From positions 26,784,001-26,848,000 of the forward strand of contig OZ024754.1 in assembly GCA_964016885.1 (NCBI GenBank): 64,000 nucleotides of DNA. The letters are read 5' to 3'. Source of the stretch: Eledone cirrhosa. Lineage: Eukaryota. Under the pieces are notes generated by a model that was given only the letters and a program-made list of their open reading frames with translations, was not told the origin of the DNA and did not search any database. Positions 43,401 to 61,400 of the stretch are shown here, one piece after another. The stretch's first letter is position 1; each line of letters begins with the position of its first letter. The translations under genes were made by a program, and so were the position numbers.

Positions 43401-46400
43401 ACTACCTCCACCAACACTACCACCAACACTAACATCACCAACCCTACCAGCAACACTACCACCAACACTACTACCACCAACACTACCATCACCAACACTA
43501 CCATCCCCAACACTACCATCCCCAACAATTCCATCACCAACACTTCCATCACCAAAACTACCACCCACACTACCATAACCAACCCTACCACCACCAACCC
43601 TACCATCACCAACACTACCACCAACACTACCATCACCACCACCAAGACTACCATCACGAACACTACCACCAACACTACCATCACCAACCCAACCATCACC
43701 AACACTACCACCACCAACCCTACCATCACCCACACTACCATCACTAACACTACCATCAGCAACACTACCACCAACACTACCACAAACACTACAATCACAA
43801 ACACTACCACCAACACTAACATCACCAACACTACCACCAACCCTACCATCACCAACCCTACCATCACCAACCCTACCATCACCAACACTACCACCACCAA
43901 CCCTACCATCACCAACACTACCATCACCAACACTACATTCACCAACCCTACCACCAACACTACCATCACCAACCCTACCATCACCAACACTACCATCACC
44001 AACGCTACCACCACCAACCCTACCATCACCAACACTACCATCACCAACACTACCACCACCAGCACTACCATCACCAACACTACCATCACCAACACTACCA
44101 TCACCAACACTACCACCACCAACACTACCACCACCAAACACTACCATCACCAACACTACCACCACCAACACTACCACCACCAACACTACCATCAACAACA
44201 CTACCATCACCAACCCTACTACCACCAACCCTACCATCACCAACACTACCATCACCAACACTACCACCACCAGCACTACCATCACCAACACTACCATCAC
44301 CAACACTACCATCACCAACACTACCACCACCAACACTACCACCACCAAACACTACCATCACCAACACTACCACCACCAACACTACCACCACCAACACTAC
44401 CATCAACAACACTACCATCACCAACCCTACTACCACCAACCCTACCATCACCAACACTACCATCACCAACACTACCACCACCAGCACTACCATCACCAAC
44501 ACTACCACCAACACTACCATCACCAACCCTACCATCACCAACACTAACATCACCAACACTACCACCACTAACTCCACCATCACCAACACTACCACCAACA
44601 CTACTATAACGAATACTACCACCAACACTAACATCACCAACCCTACCAGCAACACTACCACCAACACTACCATCACCAACATTACCATCACCAACACTAA
44701 CATCACCAACACTACCACCAACACTACCATCACCAATACTAACATCACCAACACTACAATCACCAACACTACCATCACCAACACTACCACCACCAACACT
44801 TCCATCACCAACACTACCACCCACACTACCATAACCAACCCTACCACCACCAACCCTACCATCACCAACACTACCATCACCAACACTACCACCAACACTA
44901 CCATCACCACCACCAACACTACCATGACGAACACTACCACCAACACTACCATCACCAACACAACCACCACTGACACTACCACCACTAACACTACCACCAA
45001 CACTACCATCACCAACACTACCATCACCAACACTAACATCACGAACACTACCACCAACACTACCATCATCCACACTACCATCACCAATACTACCACCAAC
45101 ACTAGCATCACCAACACTACCATCACCAACACTACGAACAACACTAACATCACCAATACTACCATCAAAAACACTACCATCACCAACACTACCATCACCA
45201 ACACTACCATCACCAACACTACCATCGCCAACGCTACCACCACCAACACTACCATTACCAACACTACCATCACCAACACTACCACCACCAACACTACCAC
45301 CTCCAACACTACCATCACCAACACTACCACCACCAACACTACCACCACCAACACTACCATCACCAAATCTACCATCACCAACACTACCATCACCAACACT
45401 AACATCACCAACACTACCACCACTAACTCCACCATCACCAACACTACCACCAACACTACCATAACGAATACTACCACCAACACTAACATCACCAACCCTA
45501 CCAGCAACACTACCACCAACAATACCATCACCAACACTAACATCACCAACACTACCACCAACACTACCACCAACACTACCATCACCAACGCTACCACCAT
45601 CACAAACAACCAACACTAACATCACCAACACTACCACCAACACTACCATCACCAACCCTACCATCACCAACACTACCATCACCAACACTACCATCACCAA
45701 CACTACCACCACCAACACTACCATCACCAACACTACCATCACCAACACTGCAACCACCAACACTACCACCACCAACACTACCATCACCAACACTACCACC
45801 AACAAAACTACCACCACCAACACTACCATCACCAACCCTACCATCACCAAGACTACCATCACCAACACTAACATCACCAACCCTACCACCAACACTAACA
45901 TCACCAACACTACCACCAACACTACCACCAACACTACCATCACCAACACTACCATCACCAACGCTACCACCAACACAAACAACCAACACTAACATCACCA
46001 ACACTACCATCACCAACACTACCATCAAAAACACTACCATCACCAACACTACCATCACTAACACTACCATCACCAATACTACCATCACCAACACTACCAT
46101 CAAAAACACTACCATCACCAACACTACCACCAACACTACCATCACCAACACTACCATCACTAACACTACAAACACCAACACTACCACCAACACTACCACC
46201 AACACTAGCATCACCAACACTACCATCACCAAGACAACCACCAACACTACCATCACCAACACTACAATCACCAACACGACCATCACCAACACTACCACCA
46301 ACACTAGCATCACCAACACTACCATCACCAACACTACCATCACCATCACTACCATCATCAACACTACCACCAACACTACCATCACAAACACTACCATCAC

Positions 46401-49400
46401 CACCACTACCATCACCATCACTACCATCATCAACACTACCACCAACACTAGCATCACCAACACTACCATCACCAACACTACCACCAACACTACCATCACC
46501 AACACTACCACCAAAACTACCATCACCAACACTACCACCAACACTACCATCACCAACACTACCACCAACACTACCATCACCTACACTACCATCAACAAAA
46601 CTAGCAGCAACACTACCATCACCAACACTACCATCACCAACACTACCACCAACACTACCATCACCAACACTACCATCACTAACACTAACATCACCAACAC
46701 TACCAGCACCAACACTACCATCACTAACACTACCATCAACAAAACTACCACCAGCACTACCATCACCAACACTACCATCACCAACACTACCACCAACACT
46801 AACAGCACCAACACTACCATCACCAACACTACCACCAACACTACCATCACCAACACTACCACCAACACTACCATCACCAACACTACCATCACCAACACTA
46901 CCACCAACACTACCATCACCAACACAACCATCAACAAAACTAGCACCAACACTACCATCACCAACACTACCATCACCAACACTACCACCAACACTACCAT
47001 CACCAACACTACCACCAACACTACCATCAGCAACACTACCACCAACACTACCATCACCAACACTACCATCACCAACACTACCACCAACACTACCATCACC
47101 AACACTACCACCAACACTACCATCACCAACATTACCATCACCAACACTACCATCACAAACACTACCACCAACACTACCATCACCAACACTAGCATAACCA
47201 ACACTACCACCAACACTACCATCACCAAAACTACCATCACTAACACTACCATCACCAACACTACAATCACCAACACTACCATCACCAACACTACCATCAC
47301 TAACACTACCATCACTAACACTAGCATAACCAACACTACCACCAACACTACCATCACCAACACTACCATCACCAACACTACAATCACCAACACTACCATC
47401 ACCAACACTACCATCACCAACACTACCACCAACACTACCATCACCAACATTACAATCACCAACACTACCATCACCAACGCTACCACCAGCACTACCACCA
47501 ACACTAACATCACCAACACTACCATCACCAACACTACCATCACTAACACTACCACCAACACTACCACAAACACTACCATCACCAACACTACCACCAACAC
47601 TACCATCACCAACACTACCACCAACATTACCATCACCAACACTACCATCACCAACACTACCATCACCAACACTACCACCATTAACACTACCATCACCAAC
47701 ACTACCACCAACACTACCTCCACCAACACTACCACCAACACTAACATCACCAACCCTACCAGCAACACTACCACCAACACTACCACCACCAACACTACCA
47801 TCACCAACACTACCACCAACACTACCATCCCCAACAATTCCATCACCAACACTATCATCACCAACACTACCACCACCAACACTTCCATCACCAACACTAC
47901 CACCCACACTACCATAACCAACCCTACCACCACCAACCCTACCTTCACCAACACTACCATCACCAACACTACCACCAACACTACCATCACCACCACCAAC
48001 ACTACCATCACGAACACTACCATCACTAACACTACCACCAGAACTACCACCAACACTACCACCACCAACACTACCATCACCAACCCTACCATCACCAACA
48101 CTACCATCACCAACACTACCACCACCAACCCTACAATCACCCACACTACCATCACTAACACTACCATCAGCAACACTACCACCAACACTACCACAAATAC
48201 TACAATCACCAACACTACCACCAACACTACCATCACCAACACTACCACCAACACTACCATCACCAACCCTACCATCACCAACACTACCATCACCAACACT
48301 ACCATCACCAACACTACCACCACCAACACTACCACCACCAACACTACCATCACCAACACTACCACCACCAATACTACCACCACCAACACTACCATCACCA
48401 ACCCTACCATCACCAACACTACCATCACCAACACTACCATCACCAAAACTACCATCACCAACCCTACCATCACTAACTCCACCATCACCAACACAAACAC
48501 CAACACTACCATAACGAATACTACCACCACCAACACTACCATCACCAACACTACCATCACCAACACTACCACCACCAACACTAACATCACCAACACTACC
48601 ACGAACACTACCATCACCAACACTACCATCACCAACACTACCATCACTAACACTACCGTCAATAACACTACCATCACCAACACTACCATTATCAACACTA
48701 CCACCAACACTACTATCACCAACACTACCATCACCAACACTACCATCACCAACACTACCATCACCAACACTACCATCACCAACCCTACCATCACCAACAC
48801 TACCATCACCAACACTACCATCACCAAAACTACCACCACTAACATTACCATCACCAACACTACCATCACTAACTCCACCATCACCAACACAAACACCAAC
48901 ACTACCATAACGAATACTACCACCAACACTAACATCACCAACCCTACCAGCAACACTACCACCAACACTACCATCACCAACACTACCATCACCAACAATA
49001 CCATCACCAACACTACCACTAACACTAGCATCACCAACACTACCATCACCAACACTACCATCACTAACACTAGCATCACCAACACTACCATCACCAACCT
49101 ACAACCACCAACACTACCATCACCAACACTACCACCAACACTACCGCCACCAACACTACCATCACCAACACTACCATCACCAACACTACCATCACCAACA
49201 CTACCATCACCAACACTACCATCAACAAAACTTCCATCACCAACACTACCATCACTAACACTACCATCACCAACACTACCACCAACACTACCGCCACCAA
49301 CACTACCATCACCAACACTAACATCACCAACACTACCATCACCAACACTACCATCACCAACACTACCACCAACACTACCGCCACCAACACTACCATCACC

Positions 49401-52400
49401 AACACTACCATCACCAACACTACCATCACCAACACTACCATCACCAACACTACCACCAACACTACCGCCACCAACACTACCATCACCAACACTACCACCA
49501 CCAACACTACCATCACCAACACTACCACCAACACTACCGCCACCAACACTACCATCACCAACACTACCATCACCAACACTACCATCACCAACACTACCAT
49601 CACCAACACTACCATCAACAACACTTCCATCACCAACACTACCAGCACTAACACTTCCATCACCAACACTACCAGCACCAACACTACCATCACTAACACT
49701 ACCACCAACACTACCATCACCAACACTACCATCAACAACACTACCATCACCAACACTACCATCAACAACACTACCATCACCAACACTACCATCACCAACA
49801 CTACCATCACCAACACTACCATCAACAACACTTCCATCACCAACACTACCATCACCAACACTACCAGCACTAACACTTCCACCACCAACACTACCAGCAC
49901 CAACACTACCATCACTAACACTACCATCACCAACACTACCATCAACAACACTACCATCACCAACACTACCATCACCAACACTTCCACCACCAACACTACC
50001 AGCACCAACACTACCATCACTAACACTACCATCACCAACACTACCATCAACAACACTACCATCACCAACACTACCATCAACAACACTTCCACCACGAACA
50101 CTACCATCACCAACACTACCATCACGAACACTACCATCACCAACACTACCATCAACAACACTTCCATCACCAACACTACCATCACTAACACTACCATCAC
50201 CAACACTACCATCACCAACACTACCATCACCAACACTACCATCAACAACACTTCCATAACCAACACTACCATCACCAACACTACCAGCACTAACACTACC
50301 ATCACCAACACTACCATCAACAACACTACCATCACCAACACTACCATCACCAACACTACCATCACCAACACTACCATCAACAACACTACCATCAACAACA
50401 CTACCATCACCAACACTACCATCACCAACACTACCATCAACAACACTACCATCACCAACACTACCATCACTAACACTACCAGCACCAACACTACAATCAA
50501 CAACACTACCATCACCAACACTACCAGCAACAACTCTACCACCACCAACACTACCATCACCAACACTACCAGCACTAACACTACCATCACCAACACTACC
50601 ATCAACAACACTACTATCACCAACACTACCATCACCAACACTACCAGCACTAACACTACCAGCACCAACACTACCATCAACAACACTACCACCACCAACA
50701 CTACCATCACCAACACTACCATCAACAACACTACCATCACCAACACTACCACCACCAACACTACCATCACCAACACTACCATCACCAACACCTCCATCAC
50801 CAACACTACCATCACCAACACTACCATCACTAACAATACCAGAACCAACACTACCATCACCAACACTACCATCACCAACACTACCATCACCAACACTACC
50901 ATCACCAACACTACCATCAACAACACTACCACCAACACTACCATCAACAACACTACCACCACCAACACTACCATCACCAACACTACCATCACTAACACTA
51001 CCAGCACCAACACTACCATCAACAACACTACCATAAATAACACTACCATCACCAACACTACCATCACCAACACTACCATCACCAACACTACCATCACCAA
51101 CACTACCATCACCAACACTTCCATCACCAACACTACCAGCACCAACACTACCATCACCAACACTACCATCAATAACACTACCATCACCAACACTACCATC
51201 ACCAACACTACCATCACCAACACTACCATCACCAACACTACCATCACTAACACTACCATCACCAACACTACCATCACTAACACTACCATCACCAACACTA
51301 CCATCACCAACACTACCATCACTAACACTACCATCACCAACACTACCATCACCAACACTACCGTCACCAACACTACCATCACTAACACTACCATCACCAA
51401 CACTACCATCACCAACACTACCATCACCAACACTACCATCACCAACACTACCATCACTAACACTACCATCACCAACACTACCATCACCAACACTACCACC
51501 ACTAACACTACCATCACCAACACTACCATCACCAACACTACCATCACCAACACTACCATCACTAACACTACCGCCAACACTACCATCACCAACCCTACCA
51601 GCAACACTACCACCAACCCTACCATCACCAACCCTACCAGCAACACCTCCACCAACACTACCATCACCAACCCTAACACCAACACTACCATCACCAACAC
51701 TACCATCACCAACACTACCACCACCAACACTACCATCACCAACACTAACATCACCCACTCTACCAGCAACAACTCTACCATCACCAACACTACCATCACC
51801 AACCCTACCATCACCAACCTTACCACCACCAACACTACCATCACCAACCCAACCATCACCAACACTACCACTAACACTAGCATCACCAACCCTACCACCA
51901 CCAACACTACCATCAGCAACACTACCATCACCAACACTACCATCAGCAACCCTACCATCACCAACACTACCATCACCAACACTACCATCAGCAACACTAC
52001 CATCAGCAACCTTACCATCACCAACACTACCATCAGCAACACTACCATCAGCAACACTACCATCACCAACCCTACCATCACCAACACTACCATCACCAAC
52101 ACTACCATCACCAACACTACCACCACCAACACTACCATCACCAACACTACCATCACTCACATTATCATCACCAACACTACCACCACCAACACTACCATCA
52201 CCAACACTAACATCACCAACACTACCACCACCAACACTACCATCACCAACACTAACACCACCAACACTACCATCACCAACACTACCACCAACAACACTAC
52301 CATCACCAACACTACCATCACCAACACTACCACCACCAACACTACCATCACCAACACTAACATCACCAACACTACCACCACCAACACTACCATCACCAAC

Positions 52401-55400
52401 ACTACTATCACCAACACTACCATCAACAACACTACCACCACCAACACTACCACCAACAACACTACCATCACCAACACTACCATCACCAACCCTACCACCA
52501 CCAACCCTACCATCACCAACACTACCACCACCAACACTACCACCATCAACACTACCATCACCAACACTACCATCACCAACACTACCATCACCAACACTAA
52601 CACCACCAACACTACCATCACCAACACTACCACCAACACTACCATCACCAACACTACCATCACCAACCCTACCACCAACACTACCATCACCAACACTACC
52701 ATCACCAACCCTACCACCAACACAAACACCACCAACCCTACCATCACCAATACTAGCACCACCAGCACTACCATCAGCAAACCTACCATCACCAACACTA
52801 CCATCACTAACAATACCACCACCAACACTACCATCACCAACACTACCATCACTAACACTACCACCACCAACACTACCATCAGCAACCCTACCATCACCAA
52901 CACTACCATCACTAACACTACCACCACCAACACCACCATCACCAACACTACCATCACTAACACTACCACCACCAACACTACCATCAGCAACCCTACCATC
53001 ACCAACACTACCATCAACAACACTATCATCTCTAATACTACCATCACCAACACTACCATCACAGACACTACCATCAGCAACACTACCATCAGCAACCCTA
53101 CCATCACCAACACTACCATCAACAACACTATCATCTCTAATACTACCATCACCAACACTACCATCACCGACACTACCATCAGCAACACTACCATCAACAA
53201 CACTACCACCACCAACACTACCATCAGCAACACTGCCATCAGCAACACTACCATCACCAATACTAGCATCACCAACACTACCATCACCAACCCTACCATC
53301 ACCAACACTACCATCACTAACACTACCACCACCAACACCACCATCACCAACACTACCACCAACACTACCATCACTAACACTACTATCACCAACACTACCA
53401 TCACCAACACTAACATCACCCACCCTACCATCACAAATACTAGCATCACCAACACTACCATCAGCAACCCTACCATCACTAACACTACCACCACCAACAC
53501 TACCATCACCAACCCTACCATCACCAACACTACCATCACTAACACTACCACCACCAACACCACCATCACCAACACTACCACCAACACTACCATCACTAAC
53601 ACTACTATGACCAACACTACCATCACCAACACTAACATCACCCACCCTACCATCACAAATACTAGCATCACCAACACTACCATCAGCAACCATACCATCA
53701 CCAACACTACCATCACCAACACTACCGTCACTAACACTACCGTCACTAACACTACCACCACCAACACTAACACCACCAACACTACCATCACCAACCCTAC
53801 CACCAACACTACCACCACCAACCCTACCATCACCAACACTACCATCACTAACACTACCATCACCAACACTACCACCACCAACACTACCATCACCAACACT
53901 ACCATCACCAACACTACCATCACCAACCCTACCATCACCAACCTTACCACCACCAACACTACCATCACCAACACTACCATCACCAACACTACCACTAACA
54001 CTAACATCCCCAAACCTACCACCACCAACACTACCATCAGCAACCCTACCATCACCAACACTACCATCAGCAACACTACCACCAGCAACCTTACCATCAC
54101 CAACACTACCATCAGCAACACTACCATCACCAACACTACCATCACCAACCCTACCATCACCAACACTACCATCACCAACACTACCATCACCAACACTACC
54201 ACCACCAACACTACCATCACCAACACTACCATCACCAACACTACCATCACCAACACTAACACCACCAACACTACCATCACCAACACTACCACCAACACTA
54301 CCATCACCAACACTACCATCACCAACCCTACCACCAACACTACCATCACCAACACTACCATCATCAACCCTACCACCAACACTAACACCACCAACACTAC
54401 CATCACCAACACTACCACCAACACTACCATCACCAACACTACCATCACCAACCCTACCACCAACACTACCATCACCAACACTACCATCACCAACACTACC
54501 ATCACCAACACTACCATCAACAACACTACCATCACTAATACTACCATCACCAACACTACCATCAACAACACTACCACCACCAACACTACCATCAGCAACA
54601 CTACCATCAGCAACCCTACCATCACCAACACTACCATCAGCAACACTACCATCAGCAACACTACCATCACCAATACTAGCATCACCAACACTACCACCAG
54701 CAACCCTACGATCACCAACACTACCATCACTAACACTACCACCAGCAACACTACCATCAGCAACCCTACCATCACCAACACTACCATCACTAACACTACC
54801 ACCACCAACACCACCATCACCAACACTACCATCACTAACACTACCATCAACAACACTACCATCACCAACACTAACATCACCCACCCTACCATCACCAATA
54901 CTAGCATCACCAACACTACCATCAGCAACCATACCATCAGCAACCATACCATCACTAACACTACCACCACCAACACTACCATCAGCAACCCTACCATCAC
55001 CAACACTACCATCACCAACACTACCATCAACAAAACTACCACCACCAACACTACCATCAGCAACACTACCATCAGCAACCCTACCATCAACAACACTACC
55101 ATCAGCAACACTACCATCGCCAACACTACCATCACTAACACTACCGTCACTAACACTACCACCACCAACACTAACACCACCAACACTAACACCACCAACA
55201 CTACCATCACCAACACTACCACCACCAACACTAACACCACCAACACTAACACCACCAACACTAACACCACCAACACTACCATCACCAACCTACCACCAAC
55301 ACTACCACCACCAAACGTACCATCACCAACACTACCATCACTAACTCTACCATCACCAACACTACCACCACCAACACTACCATCACCAACCCTAACACCA

Positions 55401-58400
55401 ACACTACCATCACCAACACTACCACCACCAACACTACCATCACCAACACTACCATCACCAACACTACCACCACCAGCACTACCATCGCCAACACTACCAT
55501 CACCAACACTACCACCACCAACACTACCATCACCAACACTAACATCACCCACCCTACCAGCAACAACTCTACCATCACCAACACTACCATCACCAACCCT
55601 ACCATCACCAACCTTACCACCACCAACACTACCATCACCAACCCTACCATCACCAACACTACCATCACCAACCCTACCATCACCAACACTACCATCACCA
55701 ACACAACCATCACCAACACTACCACCAACACTACCATCACCAACACTACCATCACCAACACTACCATCAGAAACCCTACCATCACCAACACTACCATCAC
55801 CAACACTACCATCACTAACACTACCACCACCAACACTACCATCAGCAACCCTACCATCACCAACACTACCATCACCAACACTACCATCAGCAACACTACC
55901 ATCAGCAACCCTACCATCACCAACGCTACCATCAGCAACACTACCATCACCAACACTACCATCACCAACCCTACCATCACCAACACTACCATCACCAACA
56001 CTACCATCACCAACACTACCACCAACACTACCACCACCAACACTACCATCACCAAAACTACCATCACCAACACTACCACCAACAAAATTACCATCACCAA
56101 CACTACCATCACCAACACTACCACCACCAACACTACCATCACCAACACTACCATCACCAACACTACCATCACCAACACTAACACCACCAACACTACCATC
56201 ACCAACACTACCACCAACACTACCATCAACAACACTACCATCACCAACCCTACCACCAACACTACCATCACCAACCCTACCACCAACACTACCACCAACA
56301 CTACTACCAGCAACACTACCATCAACAACACTACCACCACCAACCCTAATACCAACACTACCATCACCAACACTACCATCACCAACACTACCACCAACAC
56401 TACCATCACCAACACTAACATCACCCACCCTACCATCACCAATACTAGCAACACCAAAACTACCATCAGCAACCATACCATCACCAACACTACCATCACT
56501 AACACTACCATCACCAACACTACCATCAACAACACTACCACCACCAACACTAACATCAGCAACACTACCATCAGCAACCCTACCATCACCAACACTACCA
56601 TCAGCAACACTACCATCACCAACACAACCGTCACTAACACTACCGTCACTAACACTACCACCACCAACACTAACACCACCAACACTACCATCACCAACCA
56701 TACCACCAACACTACCACCACCAACCCTACCATCACCAACACTACCATCACTAACACTACCATCACCAACACTACCATCACCAACACTACCATCACCAAC
56801 CCTAACACCAACACTACCATCACCAACACTACCATCACTCACATTATCATCACCAACACTACCACCACCAACACTACCACCACCAACACTACCATCACCA
56901 ACACTAACATCACCAACACTAACATCACCAACACGACCATCACCACCACTACCACCACCAGCACTACCATCACCAACACTACCATCACCAACACTACCAC
57001 CACCAACACTACCATCACCAACACTAACATCACCCACCCTACCAGCAATAACTCTACCATCACCAACACTACCATCACCAACCCTACCATCACCAACCCT
57101 ACCACCACCAACACTACCATCACCAACACTACCATCACCAACACTACCATCACCAACACTACCATCACCAACACTACCACCACCAACACTACCATCACCA
57201 ACACTACCATCACCAACACTACCATCAGCAACCCTACCATCACCAACAATACCACCACCAACACTACCATCACCAACACCACCAGCAACCCTACCATCAC
57301 CAACACTACCATCACTAACACTACCACCACCAACACTACCATCAGCAACACTACCATCAGCAACACTACCATCACCAATACTAGCATCACCAACACTACC
57401 ACCAGCAACCCTACCATCACCAACACTACCATCACTAACACTACCACCACCAACACTACCATCAGCAACCCTAACCATCACCAACACTACCATCACTAAC
57501 ACTACCACCACCAACACCACCATCACCAACACTACCATCACTAACACTACGATCACCAACACTACCATCACCAACACTAACATCACCCGCCCTACCATCA
57601 CCAATACTAGCATATCCAACACTACCATCAGCAACCATACCATCACCAACACTACCATCACTAACACTACCACCACCAACATTACCATCAGCAACCCTAC
57701 CATCACCAACACTACCATCACCAACACTACCATCACCAACACTACCATCAACAACACTACCACCACCAACACTACCATCAGCAACACTACCATCAGCAAC
57801 CCTACCATCAACAACACTACCATCAGCAACACTACCATCGCCAAAACTACCATCACCAACACTACCATCACTAACACTACCATCACCAACACTACCACCA
57901 CCAACACTAACACCACCAACACTACCATCACCAACCCTACCACCAACACTACCACCACCAACACTACCATCACCAACACTACCATCACTAACACTACCAT
58001 CAGCAACACTACCACCACCAACACTACCATCACCAACACTACCATCACCAACCCTAACACCAACACTACCATCACCAACACTACCATCACCAACACTACC
58101 AGCACCAACACTACCACCACCAACACTACCATCACCAACACTACCATCACCAACACTAACATCACCAACACTAACATCACCAACACGACCATCACCACCA
58201 CTACCACCACCAGCACTATCATCGCCAACAATACCATCACCAACACTACCACCACCAACACTACCATCACCAACACTAACATCACCCACCCTACCAGCAA
58301 CAACTCTACCATCACCAACACTACTATCACCAACCCTACCATCACCAACCTTACAACCACCAACACTAACATCACCAACCCTACCATCACAAACACTACC

Positions 58401-61400
58401 ATCAGAAACCCTACCATCACCAACACTACCATCACTAACACTACCACCACCAACACTACCATCAGCAACCCTACCATCACCAACACTACCATCACCAACA
58501 CTACCATCAGCAACCCTACCATCACCAACCCTACCATCAGCAACCCTACCATCACCAACACTACCATCACCAACACTACCATCACTAACACTACCACCAC
58601 CAACACTACCATCAGCAACCCTACCATCACCAACACTACCATCACCAACACTACCATCACCAACACTACCATCAGCAACACTACCATCAGCAACCCTACC
58701 ATCACCAACACTACCATCAGCAACACTACCATCAGCAACACTACCATCACCAACACTACCATCACCAACACTACCACCACTCACATTATCATCACCAACA
58801 CTACCACCACCAACACTACCATCACTCACATTATCATCACCAACACTACCACCACCAACACTACCACCACCAACACTACCATCACCAACACTACCACCAC
58901 CAACACTACCATCACCAACACTACCATCACCAACACTACCATCACCAACCCTACCATCACCAACCTTACCACCACCAACACTACCATCACCAACACTACC
59001 ACTAACACTAACATCACCAACCCTACCATCACAAACACTACCATCAGAAACCCTACCATCACCAACACTACCATCAGCAACCCTACCATCACCAACACTA
59101 CCACCACCAACACTACCATCACCAACACTACCATCAACAACAATACCATCACCAATACTAGCACCACCAACACTACCATCAGCAACACTACCATCAGCAA
59201 CCCTACCATCACCAACACTACCATCAGCAACACTACCATCACCAACACTACCATCACCAACCCTACCATCACCAACCTTACCACCACCAACACTACCATC
59301 ACCAACACTACCATCAGCAACACTACCACCACCAACACTACCATCAGCAACACTACCACCACCAACACTACCATCACCAAAACTACCATCAGCAACACTA
59401 CCATCAGCAACCCTACCATCACCAACACTACCATCACCAACACTACCACCACCAACACTACCACCACCAACAGTACCATCACCAACACTACCACCACCAA
59501 CACTACCATCACCAACACTACCATCACCAACACTACCACCACCAACACTACCACCACCAACACTACCATCAGCAACACTACCATCACCAACACTACCATC
59601 ACCAACACTACCACCAACACTACCATCACTAACACTACCATCACCAACACTACCACCACCAACACTACCATCACCAACACTACCATCACTCACATTATCA
59701 TCACCAACACTACCACCACCAACACTACCATCACCAACACTACCACCACCAACACGACCATCACCACCACTACCACCACCAACACTACCATCACCAACAC
59801 TAACACCACCAACACTACCATCACCAACACTACCACCAACAAAATTACCATCACCAACACTACCATCACCAACCCTACCACCACCAACCCTACCATCACC
59901 AACACTACCATCACCAACACTACCATCACCAACACTACCATCACCAACCCTACCATCACCAACACTACCATCACCAACACTACCACCATCAACACTACCA
60001 TCACCAACACTACCATCACCAACCCTACCATCACCAACACTACCATCACCAACACTACCACCACCAACACTACCATCACCAACACTACCATCACCAACAC
60101 TACCATCAACAACACTACCACCACCAACACTACCATCACCAACCCTACCATCACCAACACTACCATCACCAACACTATCATCACCAACCCTACCATCACC
60201 AACACTACCATCACCAACACTACCACCATCAACACTACCATCACCAACACTACCATCACCAACCCTACCATCACCAACACTACCATCACCAACACTACCA
60301 CCACCAACACTACCATCACCAACACTACCATCACCAACACTACCATCAACAACACTACCACCACCAACACTACCATCACCAACCCTACCATCACCAACAC
60401 TACCATCACCAACACTACCACCACCAACACTACCATCAACAACACTACCATCACCAACACTACCATCACCAACACTACCATCACCAACACTACCATCACC
60501 AACCCTACCATCACCAACCCTACCATCACCAACCCTACCATCACCAACCCTACCATCACCAACACTACCATCACCAACACTACCATCACCAACCCTACCA
60601 TCACCAACCCTACCATCACCAACACTACCATCACCAACACTACCACCACCAACACTACCACCACCAACACTACCATCACCAACACTACCACCACCAGCAC
60701 TACCATCACCAACACTACCATCACCAACCCTACCACCACCAACACTACCATCACCAACACTACCACCACCAGCACTACCATCACCAACACTACCATCACC
60801 AACCCTACCATCACCAACACTACCACCACCAACACTACCATCACCAACACTACCACCACCAGCACTACCATCACCAACACTACCATCACCAACACTACCA
60901 TCACCAACACTACCACCACCAACACTACCATCACCGACACTACCACCACCAGCACTACCATCACCAACACTACCATCACCAACACTACCATCACCAACCC
61001 TACCACCACCAACACTACCATCACCAACACTACCATCACCAACCCTACCACCACCAACACTACCATCACCAACACTACCACCACCAGCACTACCATCACC
61101 AACACTACCGTCACCAACCCTACCATCACCAACACTACCACCACCAACACTACCATCACCAACACTACCACCACCAACACTACCGGCACCAACCCTACCA
61201 TCACCAACCCTACCATCACCAACCCTACCATCACCAACACTACCATCACCAACACTACCATCACCAACACTACCACCACCAACACTACCATCACCAACAC
61301 TACCACCACCAGCACTAACATCACCAACACTACCATCACCAACACTACCATCACCAACACTACCATCACTCACATTATCATCACCAACACTACCACCACC